A DNA stretch of 64,000 nt from Phoronis australis (GCA_002633005.1 NMRA01000085.1:975252-1039251); one strand, 5' to 3'. Shown: positions 13,186-26,321, counted from the stretch's first letter. The notes: generated by a model not told the origin, from the letters alone. Numbers and translations: made by a program.

Positions 13186-13871
13186 AGAAAAGTTGCCGAC
13201 TTCATGGTGACTTGATACTTTTACCAGGTCATCGAACAAAATTTGCGGTCGAATTGACAAGCTGTAGGTTACCACTAGAAGCCCTGTAGTGGCATGGTAC
13301 CAGTAGGTACAAAGTTGTTTAAGTATAAATGCTTTTGATCGATCTGGGTGAGAAGTGAATAAAATAAAATGTGAAAATAAAATCTGACGGATGCGTTCCT
13401 TGGGAAAATTAACGTGGTTAGCTGTGCTAACAAGTTTATTATTCCGTAATTCTGCTGCCCAATTTGTGTAGGAACGTATAGACTTTGAGTGCCTGTGAAA
13501 TAGATTTTTGCCACTTAGTACCTAATTTCAAGTTTCGCCAATTTTTCAATCAAATGTAGTTTCTGTTTAAAAGACGTACATGCATTTAAAAACATTTTTG
13601 AATACCCTGTATGTTTGCAAGGAACGAGTAAGTGAATTATAGCATGTGCTTTATTTAGGAACCACTCGACTAATAAAGTTGTCACTGGCATGACAGGAGG
13701 AAAACACAAAAGTGTTGATGATTATAATGCCGACTTTGTAGTACTTTTCAATGCACAGGACAAACAGAGTTTCAACCAGCAGTGGTAGTTTTGCGATGAA
13801 AAAGGGGCCATGGTCCCGTTCTGTCCGCCGTGGCTTAATGTCAGTGAAGGTTGTGTTTTACTCTCTTACAG

Positions 13872-14037
13872 GGCTCCTTGCTCAAGCTTAATGTGAAAGG
13901 TGCCAAGAAGAAGTCTAGTTTTTCTTCCAAGTCCGGCTCATGGAAAGAGCGCTACTTCATACTCAAGAGGCAACAGAATAGAACACTCTTGAATGAATAC
14001 AAGAAGAAACCACTGACGACCAGTGAGAAGCCTGCTG
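13872..14037 (+). CDS. PH-PTB adaptor exon 2 (PH beta1-beta3)
   Basis: ttacag| acceptor, phase-1 donor |gtgaga. GSLLKLNVKG...SWKERYFILK is the PH WK.R.F.L signature. Confidence 0.9.
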
Positions 14038-16642
14038 GTGAGATTATCAGTTTTCAAGGGGGTGCTGATTTGTTCTAGGGGGCTCGGGTTTTTTGTCCTG
14101 GATTGGGTTCCGTTTGTCACATTTCTGTCACCAGAAATTTGCATATTTCAATGGGAATTTGAAAAAGCCCCTAAGGACCCTAACCTAGATGCCTGAACCC
14201 TACCCTTTCAAAGTGAACCTTTCCAAAACATGACCCCAAGAAAGCAAACATTCCACTATCCCCAAACTGGACAGTGGACCTTACCACTGAAGGAACATTA
14301 ATCTTCTGGAGTGTACTGGGACCTCACTTTCGCTCAAAGGAATGGGCAAGAATTGAAGTTTCTGAGACGATGTTCATCATACTATTCCAAGTGGATGCTG
14401 TTTCTCGCCGGATTTCTCCCAATATTTGTTTGCATTTGACGCCACATGACCAGAGTTCTCTGTGTTAGCTTTTATTACTAATGTTGTGTTGCTCTTATTG
14501 TTAAACATTATTTCACGCGAGACGCAACTCGCATTGTAAATTCGTGACAGCTGACTTGTTTTAAGCTATCGTGAGCGTCTTTGTGGTTTTGCTTTTTTTA
14601 GTTTGTAAGTTGTGCTATCGGAGTTCAGTTTAATAAACCATTTCTAACCATTTTATATGAAGTTTTAACTGACTTTGGCTAACAGGGTCGTAACACTTTG
14701 TGCCCCTAATATGAATTTTGACAGTGTATTTTTTGGTACTCCAATAAAATCAACTTCATAAAAATAAGCCCGTTAAGATCAAAATCACACCTTGAAGGCA
14801 TAGCGCGCGTAATGTGCCTCAGCTAAAAAGTGACCCTTTCCCATTAAATTTTAGTGAAACATACCCCCAAGTTTTTGGTAACTGCCTGCGTCTCTTCCTC
14901 CCGGGCGGATGTCGATGGTCAGCAGTCCAATCATAGTAAAGGCAGTCACCGAACAATGTTGCATTGTATGCACCCACGTGTTCATGTGCGAGTGCATTGT
15001 ACCATCATCCCCGTCTGTTTGGTATCTGCTGCTATATCTCCAAAATAAACCACCAACTACTACACAGTTGCCTAGTGGCAATGTTAGTTTTCCTTTGTGT
15101 TTGCTCTTAACCAAGTGATGGATGTTGTGAAATTTGACAAATAATTTCCTATCACCTAGACAACAGCCCTTGTTTCAGATGGATTTGACCCTGTGTAGCA
15201 TACCCTAGTGGCCTTTCTAATGGTTTTGTGTCCTTTGTTGACTTCCTCCCTGTCCTCCAAGGTTCTTGAAGAACCATGATTGGCTGGTGTATATGTTGTT
15301 GATGAGAGCATGAACCATGATTGGCTGGTGTATTGTTCTTGATGAGAACATTATACTGACTTGATTTGCACTCTCTAGTGGCTGTAACTAAGTTTGTTAG
15401 CTAGCATCATGCGCGCACCCAGGGAGGGCTCGGTTGGCTCGTTTCGAATGCCCCCCCATTTGGTGAAGTGGGCAAAAGGATCCATCTTAGAGAAACAAAA
15501 AGAGAGACAAAAGTACACTAAAAAGGCTGGAATTATCAAAATTTGGTGAACGCACAATTCACTGCTCTGAACGTATCTCGGTTATTTTTTGTTTTTGTTT
15601 TCATTTTTTATTTTATTTCAGTAAATAGCCCCCAAAATCCAAGCCCCCCACTTTCTAGGCTGGGTGTGCGTGCATGAGCATTGCTCCATATGTTTCTAAT
15701 GTTTAAAATAAATGATCATCTCTTGTATCTCCGCTGTATGCGATGCACATGGTGAGTGCATGACAATGCTCCGCCTTGCCCTTGTGTTATGAGAGCAAGA
15801 GCCTTGTTCTGACCATAGTTCATGTCAAAGTGAACGCCCACCTTCGTAAATTTATGTTAATGAATTGTGAATACTAATGAAAGTTCAAGGTATGAAGGTG
15901 TTAGCTAACAATAGTTGTATAAGTCATGTAACTGAGCCTGGAGTATTAACTTACTTTAGGATATCCAGTAACGTTGATTTGGTTTTAGGTCGGTATTATG
16001 AGTGAGAAACTGGCAACAGTATCCTTGGTCGTTAGGTTCAAATTTACTGAATGTACGTAGGAAAAAGTGATACTTTCAGTGAAAACAACTTGCATAGATG
16101 GAGGTAGAGTTGGCAGTGTCAATTTCATCGTGAGATTACGAGTAACACGATAGCAACTTAGCGTATTTTTGATGTATTTACCAAAACAGGAAAGTACGTG
16201 ATGTTAAGATCATAAACAACTTGCCTGTTTATTCTCTGTCCCTTCCAAAACAGGAAGTAGGTACATGATGTTAACTCGTCCGTTAATGCTCGGAGCTTAC
16301 CTGTTTTGGTAATACTTGAAGGTACATTATATACTGAGCATAAATAACTTGATGATCAAAATTTTTGTTTAAATGAAATTCAACGTGATATCTCAAAACC
16401 GTTAAACTGTCTTTTTAATTTGTTTCATGCAACTGAAGTTCTTTTATTATAAGCCTCAAGTCATAATTTTTCCCGAGGAAAAGTGAAACATTTTGAAAAT
16501 AGTTCCTTGTAGCCTTTTGAAAAACAGTAATTTTTAGCCAAACTTTTATCACTACGTGTTAGACCCAGTTTAGGCAGACATAACTGACGGCCCATTCCAT
16601 TTTTAGATTTCAATAAATTCTGTTACCATAGTCTGTGATCTC

Positions 16643-16858
16643 CTTGACTGTGCTTATTTCATTCTGCGTTTTTGTTGGTTTTCATAAAAAGGCGATTCTT
16701 GATCAAAGAGTACTACACATAATATCAGATTACCTAAGGAATAGTCAAGACTTGACTGTGCTTATTTCATTCTGCGTTTTTGTTGGTTTTCATAAAAAGG
16801 CGATTCTTGATCAAAGAGTGCCGCACAAAATATCAGATTACCTAAGGAATAGTCAAGA
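16643..16858. repeat. 108-bp head-to-tail tandem duplication
   Basis: Units start at 16643 and 16751; each runs CTTGACT...AGTCAAGA. Confidence 0.92.
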
Positions 16859-17003
16859 GGTGGACATGTTTGATTGTACTGAGAAGTCTCAATTAAGTTT
16901 GTGTACATTGTAATAGACTCGGCAACAATGCTAGCTTTCAAGTGAAATGTTTCACCAGGCCTCACCATAGTCTAGAAAGCTTGGTGGTCAGAGTCCCTGT
17001 TTT

Positions 17004-17252
17004 CAAGGCGTGGAATTTTCCTCTTTTAAGAAGTTTTCCTCTTGTTTGGATTCGATTTTTCTCTCATTTGATTTCCAGTTTGTTCTTTTTCGTCTCTTTT
17101 TATCATTATTTTTAGTGTATTCATGTGAAAATGTTTATTTCAAGTAAATTTTACAACTTACAGAAAAAATATTTCTATCACACTAGCCTATTTATTTGTG
17201 TAACGATACATCACCTGGACATTTTTCCTCTTTTTGTCATTCCAAACTCTTG
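17004..17252. mobile_element. Short interspersed MITE-like repeat
   Basis: Homologous to 29557-29728 (ends CAGGGCTTGAAAT...ATTCCAAACCCTG). Confidence 0.55.
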
Positions 17253-18216
17253 TATTCAGGAGATCATGGGTTAAATTCCTAAGTCGTCACTGGCATTTTT
17301 TACACTGGCAAGTAAAGCCTAGGTGTAATTAGGAAACATTGTTTTCCAGAATGAAATTTCACAATTAGATGTGATATCTCCGTAAATGTGATTGAATGTG
17401 ATTGAAGGTCTTAAGTTACTTTAAAAGCCTGAAACACGACCACGGTGACATAATTAAATATATTACTTCTTGGCAATCCAGTAATTAGAATCCTGGTATT
17501 GTTACTCTGGTTCAGTATCATTTCGCTAATCAGGCTGTGTGTTCTCGATACAGTAGTGGTGCTTAATTAACCGTCGACTCCTTTTTTGGTTAGGAGATTA
17601 CTGTATTAGTGTTTTCTTTTTCAGCCGTGCAGGGTCATCTGGCGGTCACTGGCATTAGTTAACACATATTTCAAAATACAAGTGACGTCAGTTAAGGTTT
17701 TGTACCACCTTGTGGCTAGTCTGAACATTTAGCCAAATATTTAGTATTTGTAAAACAATAGAAATTTACTCGACTTGGCTTGGTAAAAGTTTACACTTTC
17801 TGAAAGAAATTCAATACTGCAGAGTTTGATTTTTTCTTTTGCGCCAAGAATGGGGTCATGTGACCATGTGCAGACGTACATTCATAGCTAAACAACAGAA
17901 TCAATAATGTGTCCAAATTTCAAAAATGCTTTTACAGTCTTCTTAAAATATTTCTTCTCCATTTTATACAAGTTTTGAGTTATCACTCGAGTCCTTTTTC
18001 ATAGCCTCCATGCAAAAGTCGAACATTTTAAAACAATTTCTTGCAAGCTTTTAGAGACCAATGCATAGAACATAGCGTACGAGAGTTTCGTGTGAATCCA
18101 AACAGCCGTTTCTGAAACATAACGTTTTAATTTTATCTTAATTTGGAGGTTTTTCTGGAGTCATGCATACCCTTAAAATACTTTATGTTAAACTCGCTGT
18201 GTTGTTGGTCTTGCAG

Positions 18217-18399
18217 CCTGTTTACATCTTTGGCCAAAGTACAGCGTGTTGAAGCGAGGCACAATTTGTGGCAAAGATCACACGGTGCAGTTGACGACCG
18301 AGGCGGAGAGCCTCGTTCTGGCGACACACAGCGAGCGCTTCCGCGACATGTTTGTTTTCTATCTCCAGACGCAAACCCAACTGCGAGACAACTTGATTC
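18217..18399 (+). CDS. PH-PTB adaptor exon 3 (PH C-terminal half)
   Basis: ttgcag| acceptor, |gtgagt donor, 183 nt, phase 1/1, open: ACLHLWPKYSVLKRGTICGKDHTVQLTTEAESLVLATHSERFRDMFVFYLQTQ. Not in the ORF track in this frame. Confidence 0.82.
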
Positions 18400-19300
18400 G
18401 TGAGTAAACGTGATTCTTTGTGTGCATAATTTGAAACTGTTAGTCAGTAAGGTGAAATTTTCATAATTTTCGAAGAAAAATGTTACTTATAAAGCACTAA
18501 ATAATTTCATTGATTCGTGAGTGTAATTTCGTACTTACAATAGATTGAACATGCACACAATGTCGGTTACTGTACTATAAATAACCATATTATAGACTAG
18601 GATAATGCTAAAATTTTTGCCCTTGATATCGGAAAGAAAATGTGATGGATACATGTAAACTATTTATTAGGAAAGCAGACGACAGAGTCACGAGTATGAC
18701 ACTGACCAGTACCCATTTCTGACGTTTTTAACATTGTATTATGTGGCCCAAGGTAGGAACTTCTTCACGTGGCTGCATCTCCACCTAAACATCATTCAGA
18801 GGACGACTGCCGTCATTGACAGCGGAAAACTTTCTAGTTGCTAAAAGTACTCGGTTGTGTCTCATGAATTACATCCACTGTCGTAAATAATTATTTCATG
18901 TCATCCAATGATGGCAATTCTTTTCTTAATCAATTTCCTCGTGAAATACTGTCACATGCAAAACAGTTTGGGTTACGAAAAATTGTGTTTGTTAGGTGCC
19001 ATAGGATAATTGAATGCAAAAAATTACCTGCAATTTCTGTCACGGTGTGATTGTTTTGCAGAAGATATTCAGTCATGGCTCAGGATATTATGCCAGGTGA
19101 TGTAAAGAATACCGATTGTTTACCTGGGTAGCTATAACAATTTGTTTGTTACTTAATAGACCTTGGTATTTCAATAAATCAGTATTTTCGTATCTTTAGC
19201 TGTAAGATGTGTGGCAAACAAAAACAACATCCCAGCATGTGTCAGGCTATAAATGTTGAAAACAGAAAAGATTCTTCACACGAGAAATTTTGGTTTTCAG

Positions 19301-19413
19301 TCGACTGTTTCAACGTGAGGCCGGAGGATTCAGAGGACCAGCGGAAGATTGGAGCTAGGGGGAGCCTGTGTCTACTGCACATCTCACAGTGGGGAGTCAC
19401 GCTCTGCTTGTCG
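19301..19413 (+). CDS. PH-PTB adaptor exon 4 (IRS-type PTB N-half)
   Basis: ttttcag| acceptor, |gtagga donor, phase 1/0: DCFNVRPEDSEDQRKIGARGSLCLLHISQWGVTLCLS. Confidence 0.85.
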
Positions 19414-20329
19414 GTAGGACGTGTTTTTGAATAATTGGTTAGCAACTTTCACGGCAGTAGGCTGCAGAAATACATGGCTGAGATGTTAATTTTACAATGC
19501 AGTTCATATTAATTTCGATCTGTGCTTCTTTTATTAAAAATATAGTGGGTCAAGAAATTTCCTCTTAGTATTGTACAACTACTGCCAATATTTGTAACGC
19601 CTGGGACCATTTGTCGATGAATGAATCCACGCAGTGGATTAAATTGTCCAAATCCTCAGCATTTGAGGCAAGTTGTCCACCAGTTCACTATATGTGACTG
19701 GCCTCCTTTGGATGGAGCAGTCACCTATGCTTTGACTTACGTAACTACATGTTTGATGGTAATGCTGACAATATGCTAGATGTATGTGCAAGCAGGTACG
19801 CCACACATCTTTAGTATTAGAAGTCTCCATTCACGACCTCCAATGGGTTTGCACATTTTCTGTTCTTGAAACGGGGCAGTGGTTAAAATATCATGAGTAA
19901 CATATCTCCTTTCGTGATCTCATTCTGTAACTTAATAATTTAATAATACCTAACTATGGTGCAAAGAGCCAGTTGACGAGAAATAGGTATTTGTTGACCT
20001 TTTAAACGGAGGCGTCCAATATGCGGTATTCTTAATATCTCAGTAACCCTGACAGTCCACACTAACAATGTGTTGTGTCATGAAAAAAATGGGAAATCAC
20101 TGGATAGAACCGGTCTTTATTACACACTTTGCGGAAAGGTGTAAATGTAGTCATAATGACTTCAAAATTTTGCAAAATATCTACCATATAAAGCAGTTTA
20201 ATTGATTACTGACTACTCCAATTTTAGATGAATGTGGGATCAGAGGGCCCCCTTACCTGAGTAACTTAAGAGCAGATGGTAATTCCATATGTCCATCTCA
20301 GTTTTGGACCCAGTAAAACCTTTAACCCA

Positions 20330-20660
20330 CTACGATGGTTTTATAAAGCCACTTGATAAGACTTTATAAGCCAACGAAAGATTGTCTTCATCTTTGGTCA
20401 AGCTGTCGAACACTTCACACGATGACCAGTATTGGCAGGATGTCGCTGGCACTCGAACTCGCCAAAAGTTTGCATTATGCAAATAATCGCCTGACGATAT
20501 CTTCATCCATTTTTCCCTATGCGGATGCAACCCAGTCACCCACACTTCGTTTGCTGGTTGACCTCACTCCACCCGCTTCGCGTGAGCACGTGAACACCAT
20601 CCCCAATGTAATTTCAACCCTCCTGCCTCAATATGTCCTAGAAGAATTAGAGCTATAAGC
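20330..20660 (-). pseudogene. pogo/Tigger-like transposase C-terminal remnant (left arm)
   Basis: Inverted mate of 23520-23800. Confidence 0.55.
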
Positions 20661-21604
20661 TTCAACAAAATGCAATCACACACATGCTGTGTACATCAAT
20701 TTATTCAAGTGAAATAAACCCTAAAATTAACTAGTTCTGACTAATAATTTATGAATTAAGAGGTTGATGCCACATTTACTAGTATGCGAGTCACACAAAA
20801 CAGTCACGGTGTGTTCAAGCAAATTTCTTCAGCAAGAGTGTGGCCAACAGTTCTTTTTTTTCGGGTTTGATGCAGTACCAGATGAAAGCTTTTCACCTAA
20901 AAATTATGACAAAATATCGTTCCAGTTTGTTGTCGTTGGAAACCGAATCTGATTTGACATCGGGCACTAAATGTCATGAAAACGAAAACGATAACCGTCT
21001 GATTTCCTAAACGGTCAAGTACCATAGTAGTTCAATCTGTGATACAACTTCAACACAATGTGACAAGTATCCTACTGAAAGGTGAGCACCAAAAATCACA
21101 AGTAAAACAGGATTAAGAACATAAGTTATATCTCACCAACAAAATTGATATTATATGCGTAAAGACTGCGTAATGGGACTGTGTCAGTTATTCGATTCGA
21201 CAGTTTTCATTTAAACAGTATTATGTACCATCTGTGTTTGGAAAGCACGACCTCACACTTACAAGATGAGCAACAAAGTTGCTGTGCGATTCTCGGTGTC
21301 CAATAGAACTGATATTTGGTGCCTCCGCATGACTGCCTTGAATTTGTAGCAGTAAGAAGTTGCTATGTTCCGTTGTCAATTATCTTTATGCTGATCTACT
21401 TGGAAATAAAACCCCTTTTGGCAGCTGATAGTTACCATGATGGTTACCTGATGGTTACCATAACAACAAAATTAACTCTGTCGATGTTTTACATTAAAAC
21501 GGCAGGAGATCCCAGCTGTGATATCTCTCTTTCTTTCTTATGACCACAGGGGTCTGTTTCATGAAAAGCTAATTAAGACAGAAATTTGGTCTTACGCTCC
21601 CACA

Positions 21605-21786
21605 CAGTTGACCTATCGCCAGGATTTTGAGTGACGGCATAACTGACCAATCATAACGCAGCATTCTTGACACACCTTCGTTTCCAAGCCGCCATTTTAC
21701 CCATCAAACATCACGTTGTCGGGTGAAACTTAGTGTTTCTTTGTTGACTGTTCGCAAGGGGGGCGGAGCTTTCGATAGGTCAATTG
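21605..21786. mobile_element. ~180-bp MITE, copy B
   Basis: CAGTTGACCTATCG...GATAGGTCAATTG; reverse complement of 3231-3410. Absent from the right palindrome arm. Confidence 0.75.
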
Positions 21787-23519
21787 TGATTTGGGAGTGT
21801 AAGTCTTAAGTCACTGTCTTGAAAATTGTAAGTAATGAAATTCGCTCACACTGCAGTACTCTTCCGTGAAACATCATATCCCAGTTCATTTACTCAAAAT
21901 TCGTGCCTTCTCAACTCGTGATGTAGGCTACGATTACAGTGCAGGGTGTTGTTACTACAAAATAAGAATTTAATTTTACGTTATATTAATTATGTTTTTA
22001 TAAACACAAAAAACATACAACAAAAGTAAACTACTTGAATGTCCAAACCAGTGCAAATTAAACAGTGCGGTCAAGTAAAGTTTGCCTTTTGCTTTACCGG
22101 AGAACTATCTTGTTTGCATTCAAATGCAGTCTGCAAAATATGCAAATTTAAAATAAATTTCCTCCCCATTATAGGCACAAAGGTGGATGAAGAGTTGTCA
22201 AACATTGTTGCACTTTCAAAGTGCTTACCAAACTTCCTTACTGTATAGTTACCAGCTTTTGATTTGACCGATCGGTCCCATTATATATACTCTAAGACAT
22301 ACGTTAAACATCTCTTCATCGGTCTTTGCGCCTGTAATGGGAAGGAAATTTATTTTTGCATATTTTGCACTTGATATTTGAATTCAAACAAGATGGTTCC
22401 CCTTGACCACACCCATTGAATTCGCAGTAGATTAAAACATTAGTAGTTTACTTTTGTTGTGTGTGTTATTATGTTCATACTGCATCACATTCAGATTCGT
22501 CAACTTAACAATAACACAAAGTTGTATTTCCCGTGGTCACATGAAAGGAAGATGAATATCTCAGCTGCGATCCCCTTCATTCTCATTAAATAAATCTGTC
22601 ACACGTCAACGGAGTTTGTTGCTATGGTTACAACTATCAGCTAGAAAAAGGATTTCATTATCAAGCAGATGAATAGAGAGATGACTGACGAAGAACATAG
22701 CATCTGTGAACTACTGCAAGTTCAATGAAGTCGGGCGTGGACATCAAATCTCAGTGCTATTGGACACCCAAAATTGAAGAGGAACGGATTTGTTGCTCAT
22801 ACTTAAGTGTACGAACGCATTTTTCAAGCACAAACCATAAATAATACTATTTAAATGAAAATTGGTGAATCAAATTAATGGACTCTGTCACATTGTATCG
22901 TTTTCGTGCATGCAGTATCAATTTTGTTGGTTAGAGGTAACAAATGTTCGTATACTGTCCTGTCTAACTTGTGATTTTCGGTGTTCATTTTTCAGTCAGT
23001 TACATGTCACTTTTTATTGATGCTGTATAATAAAGCTTGTACATAATGAACTGTTTAGGGTTCAAGGTTACCTTTTTCATGACATTTGGTTTTTATGCCA
23101 AACCTGTTTAAAATGGCCAAAAACTGTAACGTAATAATTTTTATATTAGTTACTTTTTAGTCGCAAAAGCTTTCAACTGGTTCTGTGTGACACTGAAAAG
23201 GAAAAAGAGAACTGTTGGACACACTGGTAATGGTCTGATATAATGTGCCCGAATTCTGAAAACCATTTTTTTCCAATGAATAACAAGCATGAAACTGGTT
23301 CTCAAAAAACAGGCACGTTATATAAGACTATTGCCAGTCACATCTGTATAACAAATTCGCTTGAACACAATGGGGCTGTTCTAAGTATGTGACCGGCATT
23401 ATTGTAGATTTACGTAATTTTTTTTAGAAATAAGTGGTCAGAACTAGTTAATTTTAGGGATTTATTTCATTTGAATTACTTGCTGTACATAGTTCGTGTG
23501 TGATTGCATTTTGGCAAAG

Positions 23520-23800
23520 TATACAGCTCTAATTCCTCTAGGACGTATTGAGACAGGAGGATTGCAATTACATCTGGGATGGTGTTCAGGAGCTCATGTG
23601 AAGCGGATGGAGTGACGTTCACCAGCAAACAAAGTGTGGGTGACTGGGTTGAGTCCGCATGGTGAAAAATGGACGAAGATATCGTCAGGCGGTCATTCGC
23701 AGCATGCAAACTTTTGAAAAGTTTGAGTGCCAGTGACATCCTGCACTTGATAGCGTGTTCTGTCACTTGGCCAAAGATGAACTTGATCTATTTGCTGGAT
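23520..23800 (+). pseudogene. pogo/Tigger-like transposase C-terminal remnant (right arm)
   Basis: Reads ..VGDWVESAW*KMDEDIVRRSFAACKL.., matching the W..AW..I....V.RSF..C tail of pogo-family DDE_1 transposases. Contains stops. Confidence 0.6.
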
Positions 23801-24572
23801 CATAGAGTCTTGTCACTTGGATCTTGTAAAACCATCATAGTGGGGTACAGTGGCCGGTTGCATGAAACAAGCCCAAATACGCACTCGGCTAAGGCCCCTA
23901 AGTCTTTTTGCTTATTTGTGTCTTTATGGAGTCAAAGATGCAATATTTTTCTATCATTTCATTTTTGTTATGTCATTGAGCTCCTCTTTGATTAATCACA
24001 TTTTCTAATAATATAATTAAAAACTGAGCCCAGAGATCATTGAAAATAAATATGGAGTCAGTCCTTAAATGGGGGGTTTTGCATGAAAAGATTCCTAATT
24101 ATTTTTGATAATATTAACAATTCGACGTAGAGTTCACTCTCGATTTGTATCAAAGGCAAAAGTTGACTAAGTAATGAAACTAAAACAAGTTTAACGCATT
24201 CCAAAATAATAGATTTGCACAGTGTCAAAAATTTTTTCGCTCAATTCAACTGAAAGTGGGTGCAATAGATAGCTTTTGTAGTTGTGGCTTCATTTCAATG
24301 TTTACTTTGTCAAAATGAATTTTTACTTAGCTGTAATTAACATTCAAAAACTCACATTCCATGTGACAAATGGCATTTGTCACATGGAACATTACATTCT
24401 TACATGTGACATTTGAATGTTCCATGTGAGATTTTTTCAGTTGCGCCATGTTACAGTACAAATGGTAAATGGCATTTTTGAGACTTTGTGAAAATCTGTG
24501 CAATCGATGTTTTCTCAAGTTCAAAAATACGCAGTAGATTTAGGGAACTTAGTTGAGTCCCTATTTGGGACT

Positions 24573-25057
24573 AGAAAATGGACAATTGCCGCACAAATAA
24601 AGAAGTTCATGTTAATTCAGCGTTTCGTCTTATTCAACAAGACATCATCAGGATATATACAGTAGGACAACAAGTGTCGATTATCATTCAAGTCATATCC
24701 ATGAGGTGAAATGAGAGTGAGAGATACAGGGAAAGTAAGCGGGTCATAACCGTAGTAACAGGGTCACTGAGCTCTGCATGTTATTGAGAGAATCAGTAGC
24801 ATGCTGATCCTCAATGGCCAATGACTCCTTAATATACAGTAATTCCTTAGCATGTTCTTTACAAATAATACTAACTGAATTGGCTTGGTGGTTGTTGCTA
24901 ATACAATGCCTATAAATGTTGCTTTTGTCGGATGCGTTGTGTTCATTCAGCCTGTCACAGAGGCGTCTCTGGGTGACGAAACATTGAGTTTACATGAACT
25001 TCTTTATTTGTGCGGCAATTGTCTGTTTTCTAATCGTACCTTGGTCAAAAAGTGATG
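24573..25057 (-). mobile_element. 5'-truncated Penelope-like element with inverted terminal repeat
   Basis: 11-bp TSD TATTTGGGACT (24562-24572, 25058-25068). Open frame 24950->24744, LNEHNASDKSNIYRHCISNNH...ELLYIKESLAI...SLNNMQSSVTLLLRL*, resembles a GIY-YIG C-terminal half. 24572-24629 is inverted at 24975-25032. Confidence 0.8.
24612..24660 (-). ncRNA. Minimal hammerhead ribozyme-like motif
   Basis: Minus strand reads CTGATGA-T-GTCTT-gttgaat-AAGAC-GAAA-CG: intact core and stem II. Stem III and the cleavage triplet look degenerate. Confidence 0.55.
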
Positions 25058-25280
25058 TATTTGGGACTGTTTCGTGCAACCAGGCACTGGTTTTACAGAG
25101 TTCAAAATGGAGAGGGACGAATAGAATTAGTGTTACCGGTAAAGTGGCAGGCGGATTCCATTTTTACACTGGGTAAAAGGCAGTAATTATTTAAATTGCT
25201 CAGTATCTAGTAAATGTTTTGCAAAATTTTGAAGTCATTATGTCTGCTTTGCATCTTTCTGCAAAGTGTGTAATAAACAC

Positions 25281-25472
25281 TAGGGATGAGATGTTACACA
25301 AAAAGTTTCCGTTCGGTGCGGTCCGATACGCAGGTCTTTGGTTCAGTAAACTTAGGTTTGGTATGCAAATCAAGATTCAGAATAAAAATTCATATATTTT
25401 GTTTTGAAACCGTGTATTTTAACAAATAAATTAGTTGGTTTAGTTATGTGATTGTGTTCTGTCTCGGCCCTA
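25281..25472. mobile_element. Short hAT-like MITE
   Basis: TAGGG...CCCTA ends. Degenerate 8-bp TSD ATAAACAC/ATACTGAC. The left arm has the empty site. Confidence 0.55.
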
Positions 25473-26321
25473 ATACTGACTGATTCTATCCAGTGATTTC
25501 ATATTTTTCTTTTCACGAAAAGTAGGCATTAACATAACTCAACAGATATCCACTTTTAAGTGTGGTCCGTCATGGTGGCTGAGGTATTAATAATTCTTTA
25601 TTTTGAACGCCTTCGTTACACATTCAGCAAATACATATTACTGTCAATTTTGTCCTACTCTACAATGGTGAAGTATTAAATTTTTTGCTAGCAGAATGAG
25701 ATTCCTAAAGGAGATATGCTCCGTGAGCTTTTTTTGCCAGTGGACATTTTTAAGAACAGACCCTGCTCATACCAAGGCAGGTTGTGAACAGAGGCTAAGT
25801 ATTGGGTATGTGCAGTATACCTGACTGCAAATACCTCTGACATTTTGTCAAAGAGTCTCTAAAAACATGCAGTTACACAATTCAATGCTCAGGTGACTGA
25901 TCAGTTTGTCTTTACCAAGATCCTAGAGAAGTCATACAAGTACAATGAACTACTGAACAACTTGCCTCAAATGTTGGCGATTCAGACAATTTAAGCTCCG
26001 TGTAACATTCATGGCGTGAATTTGTTCACTGACAAATGCTCTAAAGCTTTGCAAGTATTGGCAGTAGTGGTGCAATTAAACGTCGGAATTTCTTCACCTG
26101 TTAGTCCGTTGTTAATAAAAGACGCTGTGATGGGCGCACCCTCCCTTTGTGAATTATAAAGTTACAGCTTTGAGCCTTTTTTAGTTGAATCTACTTGTAG
26201 GGGTGTTCCATTACGTCACCCATATTTGAAACTTGTCCTCACACGCATTCTTTTGGTCTATAAAAAGCCGCGCACTAGTAGTTTTGGCCGGCTGTCAGAG
26301 GTCTGAAACCTGGATGCATTT

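Larger units (their letters stand above)
23851..25086. mobile_element. PIF/Harbinger-like MITE interrupted by a Penelope-like insertion
   Basis: TIRs TGGCCGGTTGCATGAAACAAGCCCAAATA / TATTTGGGACTGTTTCGTGCAACCAGGCA, flanked by CAG/CTG. Absent from the left arm. Superfamily is inferred. Confidence 0.65.
19520..26130. repeat. Large diverged inverted repeat (fold-back), centre ~22204-22301
   Basis: Reverse-complement matches: 19550-20190 vs 25200-26095, 20300-20750 vs 23430-23847 plus 25090-25130, 20760-21470 vs 22560-23420, 22070-22203 vs 22302-22410. Outer limits are approximate. Confidence 0.85.

Noticed and set aside
17257-17340. tRNA or SINE-like B-box (GGGTTAAATTCC)
   Set aside because: No A-box or cloverleaf can be built.
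17692-18176. Possible TTAA-flanked Kolobok-like non-autonomous element
   Set aside because: Only TTAAGG/CCTTAA match clearly; the TIR is too degenerate to support.
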